DNA from: Octopus sinensis
Lineage: Eukaryota
Assembly: GCF_006345805.1 (NCBI RefSeq)
Contig: NC_042997.1
Coordinates: 15,810,001 to 15,874,000, forward strand
Direction: 5' to 3'
Length of the DNA: 64,000 nt
The notes under the pieces are model-generated. The model was not told the origin of the DNA. It was given only the letters and a program-made list of their open reading frames with translations, and made no database searches. Shown here piece after piece: positions 41,000 to 53,790 of this stretch (its first letter is position 1; each line of letters opens with the position of its first letter). Both the position numbers and the translations under genes were made by a program.

Positions 41000-42007
41000 T
41001 ACTCTTTACTCTTTTTACTCTTTTACTTGTTTCAGTCGTTTTGACTGCGGCCATGCTGGAGCACCGCCTTTAGTCGAGCAAATCTTACTAAGCTTACAAT
41101 GCTTATTCTTTGTAAGCCTGGAACTTATTCTATTGGCCTCTTTGGTCGAACCGCTAAGTTACGGGGACATAAACACACCAGCATCAGTTGTCAAGCGACG
41201 TTGGGGGGACAAACACAGACACAAACATATACACACACACATGCATATGCATGCAGATATATACATATATACGACGGGCTTCTTTCAGTTTCCGTCTACC
41301 AAATCTACTCACAAGGCTTTGGTCGGCCCGAGACTATAGTAGAAGACACTTGTCCAAGGTGCGACGCAGTGGGACTGAACCCGGAACCATGCGGTTGGTA
41401 GACAAGCTACTTACCACACAGCCACTCCTGCGCCTATCTGCATGCAGATATATACATATATACGACGGGCTTCTTTCAGTTTCCGTCTACCAAATCCACT
41501 CACAAGGCTTTGGTCGGCCCGAGACTATAGTAGAAGACACTTGCCCAAGGTGCGACGCAGTGGGACTGAACCCGGAACCAGCGGTTGGTAGACAAGCTAC
41601 TTACCACACAGCCACTCCTGCGCCTATCTGCATGCAGATATATACATATATACGACGGGCTTCTTTCAGTTTCCGTCTACCAAATCCACTCACAAGGCTT
41701 TGGTCGGCCGAGATTATAGTAGAAGACACTTGCCCAAGGTGCGACGCAGTGGGACTGAACCCGGAACCATGCGGTTGGTAGACAAGCTACTTACCACACA
41801 GCCACTCCTGCGCCTATCTGCATGCAGATATATACATATATACGACGGGCTTCTTTCAGTTTCCGTCTACCAAATCCACTCACAAGGCTTTGGTCGGCCC
41901 GAGACTATAGTAGAAGACACTTGCCCAAGGTACGACGCAGTGGGACTGAACCCGGGACTATGTAGTTGGTAAGCAAGCTATTTACCACACAGTCACTCTT
42001 GCGCCTA
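41000..42007 (-). mobile_element. SINE C with four tandem copies of its 5' head (period 190-191 bp)
   Basis: Unit starts gcatgcagat at 41249, 41440, 41630 and 41820. Confidence 0.92.
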
Positions 42008-42798
42008 TACTAAACTTTAAAAATACAAAATGGTCAAGACTGTAACAGATGAATGCGTCCTCCCAGCCTTATTGATTTTTATTCATTTGCTATACGTTCC
42101 TTACACGTCTTCTACTTGGTCGCTTGACCTGTTGTTGTTGTTGTTGTTGTTAAGCAACAAGGCGGGTAAGGGTGATTAGGTGATGGTCTAGGGCTTAGGG
42201 GCAGGAGACCCCAGACCTTGGAAAAAAAAAATTTGGTGGTCTTGTTGTAGTCGAGGGCTCTTCGTTGACGCCCGACACCACTGGGAGGTGGAAATCGAAG
42301 TCATGGAAACGAAAATATCCAGGTCGAAATTCTTGGACGGCCGCTTGACCTGTTAGAAATAACAGCAAAGTCTTCTTCAAATCACATTCTACCGTCTTAA
42401 GAAAAAAGAAAAAAAAAACGAAAAAAGAAAAAGAAAGGAAGAACACATTGAACAATGTAGCCTGGATACATTATGTATGGAAGAAAACTGAGGGGATGGG
42501 CATGGTTGTATCGTTTTTTGATCATATTCTGTTTGATCAGGAATGGCATGAGACTATAAGCAACAATAACAACAACAACAGCGACGACGATGACGAAAAC
42601 ATTACTGCACCCTTTAATATTATTACCGCCCCACCCATAACCACCACCACCAACAACAACAACCATTACTTCCGCTGTCAGCATCTCCGCCATGACAGAT
42701 CTCCCACGCTGTCGTCCGCCCCTGCTAGGAATACCAACTAAACCTTCCTCGAATCACACCTTATTATTTCAGAGGGGAACATTGGATGTTCAGTATGT

Positions 42799-43188
42799 CG
42801 GTACTATTTAAGAAGAGTGGTCGCGGTGCGCGCACTCGTGCATCCGCGCTAGCTAGTCGTGACTAGTCGATCCTACAAACGACTATCTAGCAAAGTAAAT
42901 AAAACACTTAGCGGTTCGGCAAAAGAGACCGATTGAATAAGTACTGGACTTACAAAGAGTAAGTCCCAGGGTCGATTTGCTCGACTAAAGGCGGTGCTCC
43001 AGCATGGCCGCAGTCAAATGACTGAAACAAGCAAAAGATTAAAACACAAAAACACAAAGTAAATAATTTTTTTAAACAAAGTAAATAAAACACAAAAATA
43101 CAAAGTAAGGATCGACTAGTCACGACTAGCAAGCAGATGTGCGAGTACGCGAGTGCGCGCACCGGGATCACTCTTCTTAAATAGTACC
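42799..43188. mobile_element. Foldback/MITE-like element with ~75-80-bp inverted arms enclosing a truncated SINE C
   Basis: ggtactatttaagaagagtg.tc.cggtgcgcgcactcg...gctagtcgtgactagtcgatcct at left and its reverse complement at right; the SINE insert is flanked by CAAAGTAAATAAAACAC (42891-42907, 43077-43093). Confidence 0.8.
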
Positions 43189-44164
43189 CAATATGTCCCT
43201 CTCAATGGGACGGTCTCGACTGGAGTGCACTTAATTCTAAGGGTCTGGAGCTAACAGCAGCAATAACAACAACGATCTCCAACATCGACGGCACCTCTAC
43301 GTGGTAGCTGGCTTAACTAGAAACTGTAGCCAAATCTCCCTCTCAAGTCCATAACCTGCTATTTTAAAACCGTCAACGGATTCATTATATAATCAAGTCC
43401 TTCCTAGATGTCCTGTTGTCTGAAAAAAAAGAGTAAGAAAGAGGTGGGATGGACATGGCTGGAATGCTTTTGATCGTAGTTCGGCTTCTTCGATCAAGGC
43501 TGGTGGAAAAAAAAAGCTTAGAAAAAAAAAAAAAAGATGTCAGCAACAACAACAACAGCAGCAGCGATAACAACAACAACAACAACAACAATAAGAAGCT
43601 AGCAACAAGACGACGCGAAGGCAAATGAAGAAGAGGTGTTGTTGTGTGTGAGTGTGTGTGTGAGTGTGTGTGTGAGAACCAAGCCACGCTGTTAATGTTT
43701 CTGCCTAACCTGCTCTGTCTACCTCCCTCACCCCTCTCTCTCTCTCTCTCCCTCTCTCTGTCTGTCTATCTATCTCTTTCCCTTTCTCTGTCTCTGTCTC
43801 TCTCTGTCTCTCTGTCTCTCTCTCTTTCTCTCTCGACAACTATGAATGAAAGGCGGTTGGATAATGATGACGTAACTGCAATGAGAAAAATCTATTTCTA
43901 CTACAGATGGCCATCGTCGTTTTTTTCCTGTCATCTCTAACCGTTTGCCAAGAGACCACGTGACAGCCACCATCGTATGGTACACGTGTTCAAATTTCAC
44001 ACACGTGTCTCCCTCCCTTCCTACTTCAACAACTCTAACAAGCAAAGCAGCGCAAACAGTATTTTTTTTTCCTTCTTTAACGGTTTTATATATGTCTTTT
44101 TTTTTTTTGTTTTAAAGTCTTCTCTTTCTATCTTCCCTTTCTTCTCTGTTTCACTTTTGGGCAC

Positions 44165-44283
44165 TCAGCTCACTCACTCACACACTCACTCACTCACTCA
44201 CTCACTCACTCACTCACTCACTCACTCACTCACTCACTCACTCACTCACTCACTCACTCAGCTCACTCACTCACTCATTCACT
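44165..44283 (+). repeat. (CTCA)n microsatellite
   Basis: Visible repeat. Confidence 0.95.
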
Positions 44284-44429
44284 TATAGCCTTTCTTTTCT
44301 TTATTCCCTCCTCTCTTTCCTGCCCTTCATTCATTTTCATCATTTAAAAAACAATTCTCTCCCGCTTCTCTGCCAGTCTGTCTGTCTATCTGTCTGACTA
44401 TCTGTCCGTCTGTCTGTCCGTCTCCCCCC

Positions 44430-44460
<31 letters not shown>

Positions 44461-44514
44461 CACAGGGAATGAAAAAGATGAGGAAACGGGATATATATGC
44501 GTGTGTATGTGTGC

Positions 44515-44550
<36 letters not shown>

Positions 44551-44624
44551 ATGTAATATAAATAATATATAAATATATGCATATATACATACATATATGT
44601 ACACACACACTATACATACATACA

Positions 44625-44682
<58 letters not shown>

Positions 44683-45344
44683 TATATATATTTCGCCCCA
44701 TCTTCTTGGTACAGTGTTTAGCACGCTGCTAACTGTAACTCTTCCCCCTCTGTCCTGTCCCCCCCTCACTATCTGTTTCCCTCTTCTCTCTCTCTCACAC
44801 TTTATCTCCAACACACAAACACACACACACATACGTAATCGTTCTCTCTCTCCTCTTTCTCTCTCTCATTCAATTTATTCTCTTTCTGAATGAATAAATT
44901 ATAAATCATTATATTGACGATTTACATTAGTAATACAAACAAACGTACATTTTGTAAACAATAATTTGCATAGCCAATCATGAGCTGTGAATTCTCACGT
45001 TGATTTTTTTTTTTTTTTTACATGGTCCTAGGTCATCCCTGACAGGGCATACATTATTAAATCAAAGTGGTTCCAGCCATGACCAACCCAATCCTTCTAG
45101 CAGAAATTACATAAAAGCAGAATCGCATTATGCAATATCTACTCTAACCCATCTCTTTTTAAAATGGTGCAGATGTAGTTTGAGGGCGATTTAGCTGCTA
45201 CGTTTTGCAGCGCAGACCTCCGTAAAGAGGATACCTTTTTGGTCCGTCCAGTTCTCATGTTTGTCTGCGATGCATAAGAAGCGTGGTTCAAAGCCTATGG
45301 GTGGCTTTCTTGTTCTATGTGTGTGTGTGTGTGTAATTATGTTT

Positions 45345-45370
45345 GATCGTCCGTCCATCCATCCATCCAC

Positions 45371-45420
<50 letters not shown>

Positions 45421-45469
45421 GTATGTCTGTCTGTCTGTCTATCTGTCTGTTTGTCTGTCTGCCTGTCTG

Positions 45470-45538
<69 letters not shown>

Positions 45539-45559
45539 GTATCTATCTATCTATCTATG

Positions 45560-45600
<41 letters not shown>

Positions 45601-45644
45601 GTATGCCTGTCTGTCTGTCTGTCTATATATCTATCAATCCATCC

Positions 45645-45680
<36 letters not shown>

Positions 45681-45753
45681 GTCTGCCTGTCTGTCTGTCT
45701 GTCTGTTTGTCTGTCCGTCCGTCCGTCCGTCTGTCTGTCTGCTTGTCTGTCTG

Positions 45754-45784
<31 letters not shown>

Positions 45785-45833
45785 GCCTGTATGTCTGTCT
45801 GTCTGTTTGTCTATCTATCTATCTATCTCTCTC

Positions 45834-45882
<49 letters not shown>

Positions 45883-45977
45883 TTATCTATCTATCTGTAT
45901 GTCTGTCTGTCTGTCTATCTGTCTGTTTGTCTGTCTGTCTGTCCGTCCGTTCGTCTATCTGTCTGTCTGTCTGCCTG

Positions 45978-46025
<48 letters not shown>
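45345..46025 (+). repeat. Compound (TCTA)n/(TCTG)n/(TCCG)n microsatellite
   Basis: Source of the YLSI/CLSV ORF artefacts. Confidence 0.97.
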
Positions 46026-46178
46026 ACGGTGTATCTAACCAGCTACGTGTAAGTTTGTCTTTGCATGTAGTAGGTCTGTATGTGTCCTTTTTTTTGTGTT
46101 CTCCAAATCTCCCTCTCTTTTCCTCTCTCCTTGTTTCTCTTTCTCTCTCACCTTCTGTCTGTCCGTCTACCTGTCTAC

Positions 46179-46213
<35 letters not shown>

Positions 46214-46359
46214 CCCCTCTCTCTCTCCTTTTGTTATGTATCTATCTTTTCCTGTGTCTGTCTAACTCTATGTCGCTATTGTTCTCATTTTATAAAATCT
46301 TGTTATTTATATATTGCTCTATATGCATGCATCCTGCCCAAATACACAAACACACAAAC

Positions 46360-46601
46360 ACACAAAAGACAACACGCACATGCACTCTCAGACGCGCGCG
46401 CACGCACGCACGCACACACGAGCGCGCGCGCGCGCACGCACACACGAGCACGCGCGCGCGCACGCACTATTTCTCACTTTCTCAACCGTCGCGCTCTACT
46501 CTTTCTCTTTCAAGCATCTGCACGTGTAATGCTCGCATGTACATATGCTGACAATCTCATATATACACACTCGTATAGACAGACATACATAAACGCATAC
46601 A

Positions 46602-46665
<64 letters not shown>

Positions 46666-47058
46666 GAATACAGACGCTACACGTCCACGTGGTGCAATCA
46701 TGCGTACATACTCACACGCATGTATACATACATACATTCATGCCTAACGCTCGCACACATGCACACAAATGCACGTGCGCTCTCACATACCCGCTCGCGC
46801 GCGCGCGTGTGCACGCACACAAACGCACAGAGACTTCACATATGCACACACACACACACATAGACACATACACAGATACATACGTACGCACGCATTTGAA
46901 TATGTGCAGTATGAAATGTACATTTGCACATACATATCTACACGCACACACACGCATATATATGTATATGTATGTATGTATGTATGCATGCATGTTTGTA
47001 TGTATGTATGCATGCATGTTTGTATGTATGTATGTATGTATGTATGTATATATTTATG

Positions 47059-47127
<69 letters not shown>

Positions 47128-47132
47128 ATGTA

Positions 47133-47165
<33 letters not shown>

Positions 47166-47400
47166 GCTGACACATGCACACACACACACACATACAAACA
47201 TTGTCTTCTCAATTTACGTACAGTTTTCTTCATCACAAACTCACACGCATGTTCACACACATGCACGTACATATACGCATGCGCACATATATATACACAT
47301 TTACACAAACACTTACACACACGCATACACGCATTCACAAAGCACATAGACACACGTGTACGCAAAAGCACATGCGCTTCTGTGAGATCTTTCCACAGCT
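46360..47400. repeat. Alternating purine-pyrimidine field (CG/CA/TA/TATG)
   Basis: Visible repeats including (CG)n runs at about 46390-46470 and 46795-46810. Confidence 0.85.
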
Positions 47401-47557
47401 TTAATCTTTAGTCATTCTTCAGTTACACTCGCACACGTACGTATACACTTACATATATACATACGAACACGTACGAGTACACATGCACACACATTCTTAC
47501 GCATGTATACATAAGCACGTAGATACATAAATATACGTACAAAAATACGCATGTATA

Positions 47558-48335
47558 AGGCGGCGAGCTGGCAGAAACGTTAGCACGCCGGGCGTAATGC
47601 GTAGCCGTAGCCGTATTTCGTCTGCTGTTACGTTGTGAGTTCAAATTCCACCGAGGTCGACTTTGCCTTTCATCCTTTCGGGGGTCGATAAATTAAGTAC
47701 CACTTACGCCCTGGGGTCGATGTAATCGACTTAATCCGTCTGTCCTTGTTTGTACCTCTCTGTGTTTAGCCCCTTGTGGGTACTAAAGAAATAGAAATAG
47801 ATATTTCATCTGTCTTTATGTTCTGAGTTCAAATTCCGCCGAGGTCGACTTTGCCTTTCATCCTTTCGGGGGTCGATAAATCAAGTACCACTTACGCACT
47901 GGGGTCGATGTAATCGACTTAATCCGTCTGTCCTTGTTTGTACCTCTCTGTGTTTAGCCCCTTGTGGGTACTAAAGAAATAGAAATAGATATTTCATCTG
48001 TCTTTATGTTCTGAGTTCAAATTCCGCCGAGGTCGACTTTGCCTTTCATCCTTTCGGGGGTCGATAAATTAAGTACCACTTACGCACTGGGGTCGATGTA
48101 ATCGACTTAATCCGTCTGTCCTTGTTTGTACCTCTCTGTGTTTAGCCCCTTGTGGGTACTAAAGAAATAGAAATAGATATTTCATCTGTCTTTATGTTCT
48201 GAGTTCAAATTCCGCCGTGGTCGACTTTGCCTTTCATCCTTTTTGGGTCGATAAATTAAGTAGCAGTCGCGTATAGGGGTCAATCTAATCGACTGGACCC
48301 CTCCCCCAAAACTTCGGGCCTTGTGCCTAGAAAAG
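47558..48335 (+). mobile_element. SINE family A with tandemly amplified body (period 188 bp)
   Basis: Marker atatttcatc at 47801, 47989 and 48177; one head, four bodies. Confidence 0.92.
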
Positions 48336-48554
48336 AATTTACAAATACACATATAAATATATGTATATACGCATGCATACGTAAGTATGCAGACACATTA
48401 ACACACGTACAAGTCCACTCACACACGCATACACACATACATACATGCATACATACGCGCATATTTAGATAGACAGATATGTGTATTCTCACTGATTCTC
48501 AATATATACATGCCCGCGTACATACACGCTCCCACCAAGACTCTCTCTCTTTCT

Positions 48555-48774
48555 CTTTTATTCTTTTACTTGTTTCAGTCATTTGACTGCGGCCATGCTG
48601 GAGCATCGCCTTTAGTCAAGCAAATCGACCCCGGGACTTATTCTTTGTAAGCCCAGTACTTATTCTATCGGTCTCTTTTGCCGAACCGCTAAGTGACGGG
48701 GACGTAAACACACCAGCATCGGTTGTCAAGCAATGCTAGGGGTACAAACACAGACACACAAACATATACACACA

Positions 48775-48855
<81 letters not shown>

Positions 48856-49030
48856 CATATATTTACGACAGGCTTCTTTCAGTTTCCGTCTACCAAATCC
48901 ATTCACAAGGCATTGGTCGGCCCGGGGCTATAGCAGAAGACACTTGCCCAAGATGCCACGCCGTGGGACTGAACCCGGAACCATGTGGTTGGTTAGCAAG
49001 CTACTTACCACACAGCCACTCCTGCGCCTA
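48555..49030 (-). mobile_element. SINE C, full length
   Basis: Near-identical to 38895-39326 except for the length of the internal microsatellite. Confidence 0.9.
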
Positions 49031-49160
49031 TGTTTACGTTTTTTTGTACGTTTTATCACTCACATTCATAACAAAGTGTGTAACACACACACACACATTC
49101 ACAATCACACACACATACACGCACACACATACACAACCCTACAAACGTATGCATAGACAC

Positions 49161-50197
49161 CAGTGATTCCCAACGTAAGGTCATATACCTCACAAGTGAG
49201 GCCTAGGAAACTTATGGTGGGGCATGGGTCCAAAATTGTTTTCCTTGTTTTATCTTAGTGGGACACGGAATCGTGAAAATCATTCTTTCACAGCAAACAT
49301 ACTACACCTTTAAACCTATGCTCAGCCTTGCCAAACCAATCCCTCCTGCCAAGCATACTGTGTGAAGAATGTTACAAAATTGTCTCCTCAAATCAAGGAA
49401 ATCTGCCATAGTTGCCAGGTACAGAGTTCTTATTAACGAGATTCTCTTTTTTAGTTAGTCAATAATGTCCTTTTTTTTTTTGTACTCAGTACTTAAAAGA
49501 GTTACTGGTAAATTCTTTTGGGTACCCTTTGGTTATCTCACGCCCATTAAAAAATTGGGTTATCTCCCCCAACTAAAAAAATTGTTTAACCCTCAATAAA
49601 ACAACACAAAAAAAAATGAAAAAAAACATGAAAAGCGAAAGGATTAAACATCTTATTGAATTTGATAATATTTTTATAACAAATACAAAACTGAAAAGCT
49701 TAAACATCGTATTGAATTTAATAACATTTTTATAACAAATCATATTATGCTTATTGAAGAGGCCAGAGGTCAACAATGTGTTGAAGTATTGAATCAAAAG
49801 GATCGAACTCTTTTGATTCAATCTCTTGTCGCCACATAAACCCAATATTTTAGAGGGGCGATAACCCAATTTTTTAATGGCAATTTTTTTAATGGGGCTG
49901 AGGAAACCAAAAAGTACCTTCTTTTGTATTAAATAATTGTGATAAAACATTAAAAATAAAGAGTCAAGACTATTGAAAAAGTTGCAAGACGCAACGAAAA
50001 TTTTAGGAAAATAAAAATAAGAAATAAGTGGAAATTTTACCGGTGCGTGTGTTAAATTATAAGGCACAAAAAGAAAATGACTCTCCCCAGACACAACAGA
50101 TTAAAAATCAAGTTGTGTTTTTCCATCCACCAGTGGGGTATATATTTTTCTGGAAAGTTATAGAAGGACCTGAGTGAAAATAGGTTGAGAAATACTT
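49161..50197 (+). mobile_element. hAT-like non-autonomous DNA transposon with a nested inverted-repeat segment
   Basis: Left end CAGTGATTCCCAAC, degenerate right end GGTTGAGAAATACTT, 8-bp TSD ATAGACAC/ATATACAC; internal inverted arms at 49521-49569 and 49855-49918. Confidence 0.65.
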
Positions 50198-50239
50198 ATA
50201 TACACTTATACACGTGTGTGTGTATATCTTTCATCTATT

Positions 50240-50530
50240 ATCTTTTGCTGATTTTACTCATTAGACTGCGGCCATGCTGGGGCACCGCCTTGAAAATATT
50301 TAGGCGACCGAATCTAGGGTATATCTTTTTTTATACCTGATACTATTCTATCCGTCTCTTTTGCCGAACCGCTATGTTACGGGGACGTAAACACCAACAC
50401 CGTTGGTCAAACAGTAGTGGGGACAAACGCAAGCACAAAGTCATACACACATAGATATATGCATATATATATATATACATACATGCATACATACACACAC
50501 ACACATATATATACATACATATGTATAGTA
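50240..50530 (-). mobile_element. Diverged SINE C-like copy; others at about 51090-51240 and 53880-54275
   Basis: gactgcggccatgctgg...gccgaaccgcta..ggggacgtaaacacc motifs. Confidence 0.7.
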
Positions 50531-50788
50531 TATATATATATTATATATATATATATTATATATATATATATATATACTTTATTTAAAAACAGCAGAAAAT
50601 AAACAAAAGCTGTTACTCGGAGTTTCACGTTCCCGTTCGTGAAACTCCAAGTAACAGCTTTTGTTATATTTGTGCTGCTTTAAAAAAGCATATAACTCTA
50701 CCTCTGGTATTTGAGTACTCTTTTTCCCACCTTTTTTCACATTTATGTGCTTACTCCGGTATTATATTATAGGGAGAGTTATATATAT

Positions 50789-50838
<50 letters not shown>

Positions 50839-51301
50839 GATATATATATATATATAAATAAAAAAAAGAGAAAAACAAAAAAAAAAACAACACGAGGACG
50901 TGGTACATGCAAAGTATTAATAGGACACCCAGAGAAGGGAAGAAAGAGTGGTTGTCTTACGTTTCGAGCAAAGCTCTTCTTCGGAAACAGGAAAAAAGGA
51001 AAGTCCAAAAGAAAAGGAAGAAGGAAGAAAAAATCGCCAACACTCCACATGTAGTTACACATAGATAGATATAGATATGCATATATAGAGAGAGAGGGCT
51101 TCTTTCAGTTTCTTTCTGCCAAATCTAGTTACAAAGATGTGGTCAACCGGAGGCCATTGTAGAAGACACTTGCACTAGGTGCCACGTAGTAGGACTGAAC
51201 CTGGAATCATGTAGTTGATAAGCAAACACATTCATACATACACGCGTACGCAGACGCACACACACACACATACGCCGCAGACACGCACTGGTTTAAATAT
51301 A

Positions 51302-51696
51302 TCTTTATATATAAAAGAGAGGTTGTATGCTGTCTGTCTCCTACGATTTAGATTCCTAACTACTCCCACATTTTGCGGTGCAGTTTAACCAAAACCGGGT
51401 ATCTTATAGTCGTGATTCATATCGAGCCCTTCTGGGTATTAGCGCGCGTCTACGATGCGTCTACGATTTAAAAAAAAATTACCATAAATTTTTCCCATTT
51501 TTAATGCATTTTTGGCATATATAAGGGAAGTAACTCTCTAAAAATTTATTATTAAATCTCAGAACGTAAAAAGCTACAGTAACACCCCCCCCTTGTGGTT
51601 AGCCATATTGAGATGGCTATTATACTTTACATCTCTAAAAATGCTTATATAGTTATTTCCCTTACAAACCCGAGCAACGCCGGGCGATACTGCTAG
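51302..51696 (+). mobile_element. Non-autonomous Helitron, copy 2
   Basis: A|TC...CCCGAGCAACGCCGGGCGATACTGCTAG|T, with termini matching copy 1. Confidence 0.88.
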
Positions 51697-52480
51697 TATA
51701 TATATATAATTCTTGAGCGATGTATTCACATACATAAACGCGCATTTAATAGCAAGCATACAGTCATCCACCTGCACAGTGTTATATCTCTATCAAATCC
51801 TTAAAATAAACAGACACACACACACACACGCGCGCGCGCGCGCGCACACAGAGCTGTGCATTCGAACGCGACCTATAGACACGCACACACCAGTACAGCT
51901 CACTCAACACCACCTAAACACTCTTATACAATTTCATTTAAACGCCATCTCGTATTTCTCCATTCATCTTTACTTAACGCACACGACTCCACACATGCGC
52001 ACTTCATACACTCGCACATTCATATAGTAAATTATGCACTCATACATACGTTTGTCATCTTACTATTATCCCTAAACTTTTTTTATGTTTGTTACGGACA
52101 GTTGTCATCTGCGCTTATCTTCATATATGTAAAAAGACTTAAATATCTGCGCTACTGCAACGGGCTTTGTATGCGAAAACGGAATTCTTGAACTTGTTTA
52201 ACAGAATGTAGTTGTCAAGAACCTAGCACAACCAAATCGAAAGACACCTAACCTTTCAGCTTTGCGATAGTGCTGCTAATAATTATTTTTACTACAGGCA
52301 CGACTCCTAAAATTTTGGAAGGAGAGATTAGTCGATTACATCGACCCCAGTGCTTAACTTATATTTTCATCGATCGCAAATCTATGGTAGTCAAAGTCAA
52401 TCTGGGTGGTATTTGAACTCAGAACAGTAAAGCGGCATCTCGTCCGGCGTGTTAACGGTTCTGCCACCTTCACTACTACT

Positions 52481-52866
52481 GTGGAAGCACTCCGTCGGTT
52501 ACGACGATGAGGGTTCCGGTTGATCCGATCAACGGAACAGCCTGCTCGTGAAATTAACGTGTAAGTGACCGAGCACTCCACAGACACGTGTACCCTTAAC
52601 GTAGTTCTCGGGGATATTCAGCGTGACACAGAGAGTGACAATGCCGGCCCTTTGAGATACAGGTACAACAGAAACAGGAAGTAAGAGTGAGAGAAAGTTG
52701 TGGTGAAAGAGTACAACAGGGATCACCACCATCCCTGTCGGAGCCTCGTGGAGCTTTAGGTGTTTTCGCTCAATAAACACTCACAACGCCCGGTCTGGGA
52801 ATCGAAACCGCGATCCTACGACCGCGAGTCCGCTGCCCTAACCACTGGGCCATTGCGCCTCCTCAC
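52481..52866 (-). mobile_element. SINE D, TSD about TCACTACTACT, between family A fragments
   Basis: Direct repeat at 52470-52480 and 52863-52873. Confidence 0.9.
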
Positions 52867-52879
52867 TACTACTAGTGAT

Positions 52880-53790
52880 ATTGCTTTCAAGTTTTAGCAC
52901 AAGGCCAGCAATATCGGGTAAGTCGATTACAACGACCTCAGTGCTCAGTTGGTGCTTATTTTATCAATCCCGAAAGAATGAAAGGCAAAGTCGACGTCGG
53001 TGTCATTTGAACTCAGAACGTAAAGATGGGAGAAATGCCGCTAAGCATTTTGTCCGGCGTGTGAACGACTCTGCTTGCTCGCCACCTTCAGTAATGCTAA
53101 TAATATTATAATGTGAGGCGGTGAGCAGGCAGAATCGTTAGCACACAGGGTAAAATGCTTATCAGTATTTCGTCTGTCTGTATGTTCTGAGTTCAAATTC
53201 CGCCGAGGTCGACTTTGCCTTTCATCCTTTCGGGGTCGATAAAGTAAGTACCAGTTACGCACTGGGGTCGATATAATCGAATTAATCCATTTGTCTGTCC
53301 TTGTTTGTCCTCTCTGTGTTTAGCCCCTTGTGGGTAGTAAAGAAATAGGTATTTCGTCTGCCGCTACGTTCTAAGTTCAAATTCCGCCGAGGTCGACTTC
53401 GCCTTTCATCCTTTCGGGGTCGATAAATTAAGTAGCAGTTACGCACTGGGATCGATATAATCGACTTAATCTGTTTGTCTGTCCTTGTTTGTCCTCTCTG
53501 TGTTTTATCGGGGTCGATAAATTAAGTACCAGTTACGCACTGGGGTCGATGTAATCCCTTTGTCTGTCCTTGTTTGCCCCCCTTTATGTTTAGCCCCTTG
53601 TGGGTAATAAAGAAATAAGAAACGTTAGCACGCCGGACGAAATGCTTAGCAGTATTTCGTCAGTCTGTATGTTCTGAGTTCAAATTCCGTCGAGGTCGAC
53701 TTTGCCTTTCATCCTTTTAGGGTCGATAAATTAAGTAGCAGTTGCTTACTGGAGTCGATGTAATCGACTGGCACCTCTCCATGTGTCTAG
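52880..53790. mobile_element. Cluster of family A SINEs: a minus copy, then a divergent plus-strand multimer
   Basis: Repeated gttcaaattccgccgaggtcgactt..cctttcatcctttcggggtcgataaa units. Confidence 0.85.

Noticed and set aside
41188-41781. 197-aa repetitive ORF
   Set aside because: Antisense translation of the tandem SINE C head array.
45261-47411. Several long overlapping ORFs (up to 396 aa)
   Set aside because: They are translations of tetra- and dinucleotide repeats that lack stop codons.
49573-50094. 173-aa minus-strand ORF
   Set aside because: F/L/I/K-biased translation of AT-rich MITE interior with no domain features.
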